Positions 1 through 10,020 of a DNA stretch of 37,489 bases are shown piece by piece (position 1 is the first letter of the stretch; each line of letters starts with the position of its first letter). Made by a program: the position numbers and the translations under genes. The notes below the pieces were generated by a model. The model was not told the origin of the DNA. It saw only the letters and a program-made list of their open reading frames with translations, and made no database searches. Source of the stretch: Candidatus Melainabacteria bacterium (GTDB taxonomy: Bacteria; Cyanobacteriota; Vampirovibrionia; Obscuribacterales; JAKAZS01); the NCBI GenBank assembly GCA_027371815.1, contig DAHXLC010000083.1, forward strand, positions 1 through 37,489. Reading direction: 5' to 3'.

Positions 1-1273
1 AGCTACCAATAAGGCGTTTACTAAAAGCTTCATAACTATATAAGCGCTTACATAAATCAATATAATTACGGCATAACTGTTCATAAGAAATTTTAAGTGG
101 TATTATATTACTGGATACAATATGATTATTACTTGGTTGGAACTCCTGTTTAATTCGTCCTGACTGATTAAGCCTTTCAAACAGCGGTGTTTTCGGTAAG
201 GCCTGTAACAGTCCAATCATCGGTAGTAAGATATTAGAATTTTGCACAAAGTCAAAAATCTCTGCAAAAACCGATTCATCATCATTGTCAAACCCAACAA
301 TCATTCCTGCAAACACAAACATGCCATAACGCTGAAATATTTTAATAGCCTGAACTAAATCGACTTTTAAATTTTGAACTTTATTGATCTCGAGCAAACT
401 AGTTTTACGGGGGGTCTCAATACCCACAAACACTGCTTGAAAATTTGCAGCTTGCATTAACCCTAAAAAAGCCTCATCGCTAGTTACATCAACACTAATT
501 TGTGCATGGAAAATTAGTGGGGTAGCTATACTTTGATTCAATTTAACTAATTCACTTAACAATTCACGGGCATGGTGTCGATTGCCCGCAAAATTATCAT
601 CAGCAAAAAAGATAGCCGGTGCTCCAGCCTGATACCAAAGCTTAATTTCATCCATAATTCTAACTAATGGCTTAATTCTTACTTTTCGACCAAACATAAC
701 GGATATATCGCAAAATTCACAATTAAAAGGACAACCGCGCGAAGTTTGAACAATGCCTTGAGCATAATTGTCCATTTTAACTAAATCCAGCCTTGGCAAT
801 GGAATATCCTTTAAGGCAACCCAACCATGCTCACAATAGGATTGCTCAGGCTGATTAATACGCAAATCTTTAATAAATTGCGGCCAAGTATATTCCGATT
901 CACCTTCAAACAAAACATCAGCATACTTCCTGCACTCATCAGGCATTAAACTTGCGATAGGTCCACCAATAACCACAATTTTGCCTTGATTTTTATATAA
1001 CTTAGCCAATTCAAAAACTCGATCCTTTTGCACTAAATAACCACTAATACCAACCACTTCATCGGGAATATTTAATTTAGCCAATTCAACATGTTCATCA
1101 CAAATAGTAACTTTTATATCTTCTGGTGTCAGTGCAGCTAGGGTCATCAAATTAAGTGGCGGGAAATTAGCCTTAAATCCACTTAAATCTCTACAGTAAT
1201 CCATTCCCCAAAAGGAAGGCGGAAATTTTGGCTGTATTAAATAAATGCCTGAAATCATAATAGCTAACCCCAT
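1..1273 (-). CDS. B12-binding domain radical SAM protein (DUF4070-type), 3'-truncated by the window edge
   Basis: Not in the ORF track; translated by hand. Start ATG 1273 (alternative 1258) gives MGLAIMISGIYLIQPKFPPSFWG...FPPLNLMTLAALTP...VVIGGPIAS...GESE (cobalamin-binding domain), then QTSRGCPFNCEFC (CxxxCxxC). The frame is still open at the left edge (...NIIPLKISYEQLCRNYIDLCKRLYSYEAF). Confidence 0.9.
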   Translation of the reverse strand, partial: MGLAIMISGIYLIQPKFPPSFWGMDYCRDLSGFKANFPPLNLMTLAALTPEDIKVTICDEHVELAKLNIPDEVVGISGYLVQKDRVFELAKLYKNQGKIVVIGGPIASLMPDECRKYADVLFEGESEYTWPQFIKDLRINQPEQSYCEHGWVALKDIPLPRLDLVKMDNYAQGIVQTSRGCPFNCEFCDISVMFGRKVRIKPLVRIMDEIKLWYQAGAPAIFFADDNFAGNRHHARELLSELVKLNQSIATPLIFHAQISVDVTSDEAFLGLMQAANFQAVFVGIETPRKTSLLEINKVQNLKVDLVQAIKIFQRYGMFVFAGMIVGFDNDDESVFAEIFDFVQNSNILLPMIGLLQALPKTPLFERLNQSGRIKQEFQPSNNHIVSSNIIPLKISYEQLCRNYIDLCKRLYSYEAFSKRLIGS

Positions 1274-1674
1274 TTTTATAATTATTACTGCCATTCAACT
1301 TAACTAGCCGTAATAATTATATTTTTAATAAAAAAAATTATACGAAATACTATACAACAAATAATTTAAAATAAAGCTTAAACTTTTAAATATGTTAATT
1401 AAGCCCTATTCAATATATTATATTTAGTCATCAAAGTAAATATTGGACATATTTATCTAAACTAACATAACCCAAATAAAATAAAACTTTTAAATAAATT
1501 TTCACAGCAAAATTCATTGGAATAGTTGATGCATATACAGCTATATTGCTAAAACGTACGTACATTGAATTTGCCAAAAACATTAATAGTCAAAGTGTCA
1601 AATATTTTAATTTCGTACCTGATTCTTGCAAAATTGGTTTAGATTACAAAGCTACTGAATTTATTAGCTTGCGC

Positions 1675-1703
1675 TTGACAACGTATTTTGCTTAAGATAC
1701 AAT
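1675..1703 (+). promoter_or_regulatory. sigma70-type promoter candidate upstream of the TPR gene
   Basis: TTGACA (1675-1680), 17-nt spacer, TACAAT (1698-1703), about 130 nt upstream of ATG 1832. Confidence 0.6.
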
Positions 1704-1831
1704 AACAATGTATAAATGACAAAAATTTGGCTACTTTTGTCAAAATCAATTTAAATTTACAAATTATTGCAATGCCTGCTATATGGAATTTTACTATGCC
1801 AGATAAGCCTAAATATTAAGCCAATTAAAAA

Positions 1832-3163
1832 ATGAAACATTTAAAATATACATTATTGATACTGATATTTATTTTAAGCTTATTTTCTGAAGCAAAAATC
1901 AATGCTAATATAGCTAATCTTAAAAGCAGTAAAATCAATATTATTATTTTAATAAATAAAAAACAATACAATAATGCTCTATCTCAAATTAATGAGCAAT
2001 TAAAATTTTATCCTAAGGATCATGAATTATATAATTTACGTGGTATTTTAAATAATACAACTGGCAATTATAAGCTTAGTATTAATGATTTTAAAAAGGC
2101 AATAAAGCTTTCTGTCAATCCAAAAGTTTTAGCATCTAACAACAATAATTACTACGTTAATTTATGTGAGTCTTATATTAATCTAAAAGATTATGCAAAT
2201 GCTAAAAATAGTTTAAAAAAAGCACTAATCCGAAATCCCGACTTAAACATAACAAATATAGGTCAAATGGATAGTGTTGCAGCTTATGAGTATAAACTAT
2301 TTCCCGATGAAGCTAGCTATAAAAGATGCTTAAAAGCTGTACAAGAATATTTCCAATCTGATAGTAACTTAAATAATAAAGAACTGACTTATTCATGGAT
2401 GGGTGAGTTTTGCACGCTTTTCAGGGTAGGAAATGAACAGTTAAATTTTTTTGATATTGCCATAAAAATTATGCCAATAGATTATCATAATTTTTTTTAT
2501 CGCGCAAAATATTACATTATTCACGAGCAGTTTGATAAAGCTAAGCAAGATTTAGAAAGGGCTCTTAAGCTTCATGATAATGATCCTGATATTATTATGA
2601 CTTATGCAGTAATGAATTACTTAAGTAAAAATTATTTTAATTCATTAAAATATTGTAAAATTATTATTGCTGAACAAAATAAGACCTACCTCTGTAAAGC
2701 TCTATTAATAAGTTGTTTTGACTATAATGAAATGCCTATATATAAATTTATATTTGGCCATAGTGAAATGGATAAATATTTAAATCGGTTAGATATCCCC
2801 CGCTTTAATAAGATTCTTCTGAAATTTGCTATTGGTGATTTAGATATTACCAATAAACAGGTTCAAGAAAAATATACTAAAGAGCTAAATGGCCCTTACT
2901 CTTGGATTGGCGATATTTATAAAGGAACTATCAAAAAAGATTCTTGGGGTAATAATATTAATTTAACAAATCTCTGGTTTAGTAATCTGACTTATTTAGG
3001 ATTAACTTATGACAACAAAACATTAAGAGAATATGGCGGGTCACATGATTTTGAGTTATGCACTCGCTTAATAGCGACTTGTATATATTCAGATATTGAA
3101 GATCCAACATATTTAATATTTAGAGCATTTTCAGAAAAACATGTCTTTGATAGTTATAGATAA
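1832..3163 (+). CDS. Exported tetratricopeptide-repeat protein
   Basis: Signal-peptide-like N-terminus; TPR-like units such as LYNLRGILNNTTGNYKLSINDFKKAI, YYVNLCESYINLKDYANAKNSLKKAL and FFYRAKYYIIHEQFDKAKQDLERAL. Confidence 0.75.
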   Translation: MKHLKYTLLILIFILSLFSEAKINANIANLKSSKINIIILINKKQYNNALSQINEQLKFYPKDHELYNLRGILNNTTGNYKLSINDFKKAIKLSVNPKVLASNNNNYYVNLCESYINLKDYANAKNSLKKALIRNPDLNITNIGQMDSVAAYEYKLFPDEASYKRCLKAVQEYFQSDSNLNNKELTYSWMGEFCTLFRVGNEQLNFFDIAIKIMPIDYHNFFYRAKYYIIHEQFDKAKQDLERALKLHDNDPDIIMTYAVMNYLSKNYFNSLKYCKIIIAEQNKTYLCKALLISCFDYNEMPIYKFIFGHSEMDKYLNRLDIPRFNKILLKFAIGDLDITNKQVQEKYTKELNGPYSWIGDIYKGTIKKDSWGNNINLTNLWFSNLTYLGLTYDNKTLREYGGSHDFELCTRLIATCIYSDIEDPTYLIFRAFSEKHVFDSYR

Positions 3164-3286
3164 ATTTTCTGTTCCATAGTGGACTGATTTTACTTTACAC
3201 TTAACATTGAAACCAGGGTCTTAAACTATCAAAGTGGAAATTGCTTAGACTTTAGCGTAATTATTGTAAGAGGTTATTGTTAAAGG

Positions 3287-3979
3287 TTAAGGCTGAAAAT
3301 TTTTAGCAATAATTAACAATACATCATTGCTAATGGTAATCTGTTCATGAATTTGCCAATTTTGAAACAATTCATTAATAGATGAATTATTATATTGAAA
3401 GTAAAACATTCCTTGGGTTAAACGATCATTAGAGACTAAGGTTTTATCTTCGAGAACTTGACTATTTTCCAAATCCGGATAATTTTGCCTAATTGCCGTA
3501 ATAAAATAACCGCCTGGCATAATTATGGACTTTAACTGCTGGACTAAATGCTTAGCCAAATTAAAAGTCAAATGTTCAAGAATGAAAAAAGCAATAACAG
3601 CATCAAAACTTGCATAAGCATATGGCATGTCTAAAATATCACTACAGTCAAAATCAACTTCCAGATCAAGTTGTTGCCCACGGGTCAAAGCTTGACCAAT
3701 AGCTAATTCACTAATATCAATTCCGGTCACCTTAAAATTACGCTTAACCAATTCAATGGTTTTATCTCCATTTCCACAAGCTAAATCTAATATATTAACT
3801 ACTTTAGCTAAAGATAGTAAATTTAAGATTTTAGCAAAATATTCTGTCGGTATAGCAAATTCATTAACAGTATTGTGATCAAGCCAAAATTTCTGCCAAT
3901 AATTGATATTGTTTAAATAGATTTTTGAATTTAAAAAGTCAATATTTTCATGATAATTTAAAACTAATTTTTTTTTCAT
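3287..3979 (-). CDS. Class I SAM-dependent methyltransferase
   Basis: Motif I ILDLACGNG, VTGIDISE, SFDAVIA..ILEHL, MPGGYF. Confidence 0.85.
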   Translation of the reverse strand: MKKKLVLNYHENIDFLNSKIYLNNINYWQKFWLDHNTVNEFAIPTEYFAKILNLLSLAKVVNILDLACGNGDKTIELVKRNFKVTGIDISELAIGQALTRGQQLDLEVDFDCSDILDMPYAYASFDAVIAFFILEHLTFNLAKHLVQQLKSIIMPGGYFITAIRQNYPDLENSQVLEDKTLVSNDRLTQGMFYFQYNNSSINELFQNWQIHEQITISNDVLLIIAKNFQP

Positions 3980-4183
3980 TATTTTTTTAATGTTGAATAA
4001 TCGATTTTAGATTAAAATAATAACAATAAAATCACTATAATTTGACAAAGTTTAGTATTTAATAATTTAATAAATTTGCAATTCCTTAATCTATTTGTAA
4101 CTTTAATATTAGACATAAGATTAAAATGTTATAAATTGGGCAAATATTATATTAGGGTCAATCTTTATTAAGATTTAGGTTTA

Positions 4184-7100
4184 ATGATTACCAAAAGTAT
4201 TATTCCAATTCAGTCCATAATAATTCAGCACACTGGTTCTGAATCATTACCAATGAGTATTTTAGAGCCTAAAAAAATCCAGCCTTTTCTAAGGGAAATC
4301 GAAAAATTTACCATTGAAAACAACCTAGAGCCCTTAATTGTTTATTGGTCTAATGACAATGCTAAAAAACTGTTACCGAAAAACGAAGATTTTCTGCGTT
4401 TACAGGAAAAGGCTAATTATTTAGGCGTTTTTTCTAATAATAATAAAGACTCACTTGACGAATGGAGTTTTTTGGTAGAAAGTCTCGGTTTATGCCTGGT
4501 AGTAAACGGCCTTGAAATTTCCGAAGCCAGTAACACTTATAAATACGAATGTATTGGCTCGCTAAATCCCGACATAGTTGACAAGGTATTTACCCGTTTA
4601 GCCTCCAATCTTGAAGAAATTAACCAGGCTGAATTTAACAAATTACTTGATGCTCGCAAAGATATGCATTTTCGTGGAACCAATCACATTCATATTCCTA
4701 CAATAAAATCTTATTGGCCAAAAATGCAGTCGCAAATAATCCAAAGTGCTGACCCTGACCTAAATACGCCAAATTTATCCACTAATCAAAATCTACAAAC
4801 CACTGACGTTGAAGCCAATAACACCATTCAACCAATTGTGATTGACAATATCAGTAATCAAGAGTTTTTATTAGTTAGCACGAATGAAAAGTTAACTAAA
4901 GCCTTAACGGCTTATCCGGAAAGTTTAATCACCAAACCGGTTAATATTAATGCTCCAGTCAAACCTTCTTTACCACCTGCTAAAGCCTCAAAACCCCTAA
5001 TTTTTCCAGATTTAAATGGTTCAATTTCGGACAAAGCCCAAACACTTTACAAGCAAATCTTACAAGATTTAAAACTAAACGAAGATTTTCAAGTTGTTTT
5101 AAACTCAGCCGTGGAAAGTTTAACTAAAGCCCTTAATGCTGATCGTGGCTTGCTATGGTTAATTGAAGATGAAAACACCAGTGTTACCTGCGAGTATTCA
5201 GTAAATGAGCAAAACTGTTTTGCTAATATACCAATTCCGGCTGATGAATCATATCGTTTTATGAAAGAAATTCTCAGTTATTACCAAGATGATAATAACA
5301 ATGATGTAGCAGTTAATATACCAGATCTCAAAGATGTGCAAAAAGAAAACCGCCTTTATAAAAACTGCGGTACAATTCATTCTTTATTTGAATTAGGTGG
5401 TGTACGGGGAGTGTTAATCGCTAAACTACATTCACGCAACAAGGTTTTAGGCTTCCTGGAATTACATCAATGTTCTAACGCTAGACATTGGGGTGATGAT
5501 GATTGCCAAACCATTATCAGTGTCGCTAAAATGATTTCCGTAGTTTTGAAACAAGCCGAAGATCAAAAAAATATTAGTGAACGAGCCAGTGAAATGGAAT
5601 TATTAAAAGACATTGCCGAAAAATTTCGCAAATCGCGCAATAATAATAACAATAATAATACCACTAACACAATCAGCGAATGTGTTAACATGGTGGCCAA
5701 GAATTTTGGTTTTAGCAAGGCTCAAATATACTTACATGACCAGGAAGAAAATTGTCTTAAAGGTCAAATTCCCAATAATAGTTTAGCTGAAATCCCTTTA
5801 ACTAATACGGACAATCCATTTATAACCGTATTCAAATCAGAAAAAGCTAAATTTTTTAATATAGAATCTAATATCCGAAAACAAGATATCATTTTTGAGC
5901 ACAAAATTGCCTGGTTAATCCCTCTGAAGGCTGAAGGAACAACTCTTGGTGTCTTAGGTCTTTGGGATTTGGATGAAAAACGTAATATTTACTCAGTTAT
6001 GAGCAAACAAAAACAAACTGTTGGTGAAAATATCTCGGATAATTTTGCCAGTGTAATTAGAGCAGATCAAGCTATTACCATCATTGAAGCCCATCAAAAA
6101 CGCACTGATTTAATTAATTCAGTGTCCCGAGAAATTAAAGAATTCAATAAAACGCTAAATCAAGCTGATGCCATCCGCCAGAATTTATCTATAGTATCAC
6201 AAAGTACAATTACAACCTTACAAGAATATTTTGAACTAAAATCCTGTATGCTAACGCTCCATGGTACTGATAAAAATTCATTAAACCAAACCAAAATTGT
6301 TTATGCACCAGGTTTAAAAACAACTGAAGGAATTGAACAAACCTTTGAAACTGAACTAACAGCAATTTATAAATTCCTCATAAATATTTATTTAGCCGAC
6401 CTACGCCAAGGAAAGCCAATTATACTTAACAGCCACGATCTTCAAAGTCTTGGAATACCAAATCAAGTCCCTTTTACCTTTGAATTTTTAAAAATAGTAC
6501 CATTAGTCCATGAAGAATTCAAAGGTTCTTTATTTATGATTTTTAATCAAAAATCTTTAAATAAACTGGACAGTGAAATGGTGTTTGATATAGCAGATAG
6601 ACTTGCCTCAGCCGTATCTAACGCTCAAACATTTATTGACAAAGACAAACAGGCAACTACTGATCCAATGACGGGTCTCTATAATCGCCGCCATTTTAAT
6701 GAAAAACTGGCCGCTGAAATAAATCGCTTCCATCGTTCAGGTCGCTATTTTTCATTTATTATTGTTGACTTGGATTTCTTAAAAAAAATCAATGATACTT
6801 TAGGTCATCAATTTGGCGACTTAGCAATTATCCACATCGCTAAAGTAATCCCAAATTGTATTCGTGATGACGTAGATGTAGTGGGTAGGTTTGGTGGTGA
6901 AGAATTCACGATATTATTACCAGAAACCGACTATCAAGGAGCCCTTACCGTTGCGCAAAGAATTTGTGAATCAATAAGAGCTGAACCAATTGAAGGTATT
7001 GGTATTGTAACAGCGTCATTAGGATTAGCAGTTTTTCCTAATGATGCAAATGATGCTGATGCATTATTTGAAGCTGCCGATAAGGCCTTGTATCTAGCTA

Positions 7101-7822
7101 AAAAACGTGGTCGTAACCGTGTTTGTTCAGCTGCAGAAAGCTATGATATTGAAGTTTTACAAAGTGAGCCAACTGCTATTCCCGATAAAACAAGTGAAAA
7201 ACTCATCTTACAAAACGATATTAATATAAATTTAAAATACTTTGCTGAAGAAGGTATTATTGGTTTATGTACAAAAATAATTGAAATGGTCGATCAATTA
7301 GATTCTTACGGTACGGAAAGAACGCCAAGAGCTTATGATTATGCTTTAAAAATGGCCAAAGCACTTAGATTATCTGATGAACACGCTAAAATAATTGCTT
7401 TGGCCACCAGTTTATGTAATCTAGGTAAATTAGGAATACCCGAAACGGTTCTTAATAAAACCGGACCTTTAACTGAAGAGGAAATAAAATTAGTAAGAAC
7501 CAGTCCAACTATTGGTGCTAAATTACTCGAGCCCGCCAAATTGCTACACAAAGTTGCCGTAATTATTCAATATTTCCGGGAAAACTATGATGGCAGTGGT
7601 TATCCTAACGGTATCAAAGGTGATGAGATTCCCGTTGAGGCACGCATTGTGTCAATAGTTGATTCATTCACCGCAATGACATCAGACAGACCCTATCGCA
7701 AAAGCTTAAGCCCAGAAGAGGCCTGTAACATTTTAAGTACTGGATCTGGCACTGAATTTGACCCAAGGTTAGTAAAAATCTTTTTGTCAATTCTCCAACG
7801 TGAACATAAAATAAATGCCTAA
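4184..7822 (+). CDS. Multi-sensor diguanylate cyclase: DICT-like + GAF domains + GGDEF + degenerate HD-GYP
   Basis: N-terminal DEWSFLVES..LCLVV..IGSLNPDIV (DICT-like); GAF signatures (ALNADRGLL, LGFLELHQCSNARHW); TDPMTGLYNRR, DLDFLKKINDTLGHQFGD, RFGGEEF, ADKALYLAKKRGRN; C-terminal ENYDGSGYP..IPVEARIVSIVDSF..DRPYR. Confidence 0.9.
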   Translation: MITKSIIPIQSIIIQHTGSESLPMSILEPKKIQPFLREIEKFTIENNLEPLIVYWSNDNAKKLLPKNEDFLRLQEKANYLGVFSNNNKDSLDEWSFLVESLGLCLVVNGLEISEASNTYKYECIGSLNPDIVDKVFTRLASNLEEINQAEFNKLLDARKDMHFRGTNHIHIPTIKSYWPKMQSQIIQSADPDLNTPNLSTNQNLQTTDVEANNTIQPIVIDNISNQEFLLVSTNEKLTKALTAYPESLITKPVNINAPVKPSLPPAKASKPLIFPDLNGSISDKAQTLYKQILQDLKLNEDFQVVLNSAVESLTKALNADRGLLWLIEDENTSVTCEYSVNEQNCFANIPIPADESYRFMKEILSYYQDDNNNDVAVNIPDLKDVQKENRLYKNCGTIHSLFELGGVRGVLIAKLHSRNKVLGFLELHQCSNARHWGDDDCQTIISVAKMISVVLKQAEDQKNISERASEMELLKDIAEKFRKSRNNNNNNNTTNTISECVNMVAKNFGFSKAQIYLHDQEENCLKGQIPNNSLAEIPLTNTDNPFITVFKSEKAKFFNIESNIRKQDIIFEHKIAWLIPLKAEGTTLGVLGLWDLDEKRNIYSVMSKQKQTVGENISDNFASVIRADQAITIIEAHQKRTDLINSVSREIKEFNKTLNQADAIRQNLSIVSQSTITTLQEYFELKSCMLTLHGTDKNSLNQTKIVYAPGLKTTEGIEQTFETELTAIYKFLINIYLADLRQGKPIILNSHDLQSLGIPNQVPFTFEFLKIVPLVHEEFKGSLFMIFNQKSLNKLDSEMVFDIADRLASAVSNAQTFIDKDKQATTDPMTGLYNRRHFNEKLAAEINRFHRSGRYFSFIIVDLDFLKKINDTLGHQFGDLAIIHIAKVIPNCIRDDVDVVGRFGGEEFTILLPETDYQGALTVAQRICESIRAEPIEGIGIVTASLGLAVFPNDANDADALFEAADKALYLAKKRGRNRVCSAAESYDIEVLQSEPTAIPDKTSEKLILQNDININLKYFAEEGIIGLCTKIIEMVDQLDSYGTERTPRAYDYALKMAKALRLSDEHAKIIALATSLCNLGKLGIPETVLNKTGPLTEEEIKLVRTSPTIGAKLLEPAKLLHKVAVIIQYFRENYDGSGYPNGIKGDEIPVEARIVSIVDSFTAMTSDRPYRKSLSPEEACNILSTGSGTEFDPRLVKIFLSILQREHKINA

Positions 7823-8765
7823 TCATCTAAAAACAAAAATATTTACATTATCTACCTTATTATTCTGTTCAACCATTTCAGCTACTTTAGCCAATAATTC
7901 TAACCATAACATTAATAATAAAATCAACATCACAAAAGAGACAAGTGTAGGAAAAACACTTCAATCAGCTGATGATTTTTTTCGAGAAATTTATGCAACT
8001 AAAGTTGACGAAAAAGTAGATAAAGCTAAACCATTTTTACTAATTGCTAATGACAAAATTTATTTATATAAATCAAATTTTATTACAGCCAAAACCTTAA
8101 TTCCAGTAATTTACAATCTATTAAAATCCGTAGATCATATTCCATTGGCTGTTTTTGTATTACTTGACGATAAAACTGACCAAATACTAGATGAAAATAC
8201 TATTTTAAAGCTAAAAAAACTAGAACAATTTTCTCATAAATTATCAGATCGTTTTGAATATAGTTACATATTAGATGATACTGTAAAAAATCAAATTGAA
8301 ATTTTAAAAGCAACTTCCAATTTTTGTCAGCCTATAATTGAAAAAAAACAAATTTCTCAAGATAATCTCCAAAATTTTGCTAGTTTAATTACCAAAGCTT
8401 TAATGAAAAATGCAGACATTGCCACTGCGAATTTATTAGAAAATTTAAATAGTTATTTACAAGAATTGGATTTTAACGAACAGAATAAAAAAGCTTTACA
8501 TGTAATTATTTTAACTGCTCATATGGCTCAATCCAAACAGTGCATTTATCAATATTTCCAAAAATATTTTAATGAAACTGCCGAAGGGCATCATATAATT
8601 GTTCTTGAAGATTCAAATACTGATGAAATGGCTATTAAATTATTAGGTAAACATATCCTTGATACTGATATAGCTAATGCATTTTTTAACGATCCCGATC
8701 GAATGCATAAAGATCTCTTATATCAAGCAGCACAAAAATATCTGGGTAAACAAAATGAAAATTAA
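7815..8765 (+). CDS. Exported hypothetical protein with several His-containing motifs
   Basis: Signal-peptide-like N-terminus (…STISATLA); start overlaps the upstream stop by 8 nt; motifs KSVDHIPLA, AHMAQ, KHILD, RMHKDLL. No family recognised. Confidence 0.65.
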   Translation: MPNHLKTKIFTLSTLLFCSTISATLANNSNHNINNKINITKETSVGKTLQSADDFFREIYATKVDEKVDKAKPFLLIANDKIYLYKSNFITAKTLIPVIYNLLKSVDHIPLAVFVLLDDKTDQILDENTILKLKKLEQFSHKLSDRFEYSYILDDTVKNQIEILKATSNFCQPIIEKKQISQDNLQNFASLITKALMKNADIATANLLENLNSYLQELDFNEQNKKALHVIILTAHMAQSKQCIYQYFQKYFNETAEGHHIIVLEDSNTDEMAIKLLGKHILDTDIANAFFNDPDRMHKDLLYQAAQKYLGKQNEN

Positions 8766-9939
8766 TACCAGTTTTAAACCATCACTAAAAGCTTTAAGCT
8801 TTACCGAATCAGTAATTCGCGAAATGTCCCGCATCGCAGTTTCGCATAAAGCAATTAATTTAGCTCAAGGCTTACCAGACTTTGAAGCCAACTTAGATTT
8901 TAAAGAAGCTGGAGCGCTTGCAATTAAAGATAATATCAATCAATATGCCATAACTTGGGGCGATAAATTGCTAAGACAGTCTATAGCTGATAAATACAGT
9001 TCAAGCTTAAATAGTGCGCTTAATCCTGAAACCGAAATAACAGTTACCTGTGGCGCTACTGAAGCAATGATTGCCACATTTTTAGCACTCATAAATCCTG
9101 GTGATGAAGTTATTATGTTTGAACCATATTATGAAAATTATGCACCCGATACCATTTTATCCGGTGCGCAACCTAAATATGTCCAATTACAGCCACCAAA
9201 TTGGGAATTTAACGAAACCGAATTAACCCAAGCTTTTAACAATAAGACTAAGGCTATAATTATCAACACCCCACATAATCCAACTGGAAAAGTCTTTAAT
9301 CTAGATGAATTAACGATAATTGCCCAGCTTTGTCAAAAGTGGGGAGTTATTGCGATCACAGATGAAATTTATGAACATATACTTTATGATGAGGCGAAAC
9401 ACATTTCTATAGCCAGTTTACCAGGCATGGAACCTTTAAGTGTAACGATTAATAGCCTATCTAAAACCTATAGTTTGACTGGCTGGAGGGTAGGCTGGGC
9501 GATAGCTAACAGTGAATTTACTAAAGCCATTCGCAAAGTGCATGATTTTTTAACCGTTGGTTCACCAGCACCACTACAAAGAGGCGCAGTAAGAGCTCTT
9601 AATGCCGATGCAAAATTTTATGCTGATTTAAAAGAAAGTTACAATTATCGCAGGAATTATCTTAAAGAAATTTTAGATAATTATAGCTTTAACTATTATA
9701 ATCCAAGTGGTGCCTATTACATTTTTACTGATATTAGTAAATTTGGCTATGCTAACGATCTAGATTTTGCCAAAGCCTTAGTTAAAGAAGTCAAAATAGC
9801 AGTAGTGCCAGGATCTAGTTTTATAAATAATGAAAAAATCAAGCATAAATATGTACGTTTTTGTTTTAGTCGTAAACAGGAAACTTTAGCCTTAGCCAAA
9901 GAATACATGACTAAGTTTAAGTCTATTATCACGGTCTAA
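8755..9939 (+). CDS. PLP-dependent aminotransferase class I/II (YbdL/kynurenine-methionine aminotransferase-like)
   Basis: AINLAQGLPDF, TCGATEA, NTPHNPTG, DEIYEH, SLSKTYSLTGWRVGW (PLP lysine). Start moved to ATG 8755 (MKINTSF), which overlaps the upstream gene's end. Confidence 0.9.
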   Translation: MKINTSFKPSLKALSFTESVIREMSRIAVSHKAINLAQGLPDFEANLDFKEAGALAIKDNINQYAITWGDKLLRQSIADKYSSSLNSALNPETEITVTCGATEAMIATFLALINPGDEVIMFEPYYENYAPDTILSGAQPKYVQLQPPNWEFNETELTQAFNNKTKAIIINTPHNPTGKVFNLDELTIIAQLCQKWGVIAITDEIYEHILYDEAKHISIASLPGMEPLSVTINSLSKTYSLTGWRVGWAIANSEFTKAIRKVHDFLTVGSPAPLQRGAVRALNADAKFYADLKESYNYRRNYLKEILDNYSFNYYNPSGAYYIFTDISKFGYANDLDFAKALVKEVKIAVVPGSSFINNEKIKHKYVRFCFSRKQETLALAKEYMTKFKSIITV

Positions 9940-10020
9940 TGTTGTTAGTTATTTGATATAAAAAAAAATTATTAAATAATGACAACCAATACAAGTTGCC
10001 AAATAATTTGCTAAAAATAT

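Noticed and set aside
1498-1695. Stop-free stretch of about 65 codons on the + strand in the intergenic region
   Set aside because: No ATG or SD, no recognisable motif, and it overlaps the candidate promoter.
5639-5659. Poly-Asn tract (also 12110-12130) as a phase-variation switch
   Set aside because: Trinucleotide units keep the reading frame and lie in linker regions; consistent with slippage in an AT-rich genome.
8677-8754. N-terminal extension of the aminotransferase ORF
   Set aside because: It overlaps the upstream gene by 89 nt; ATG 8755 gives a normal length and a short coupling overlap.
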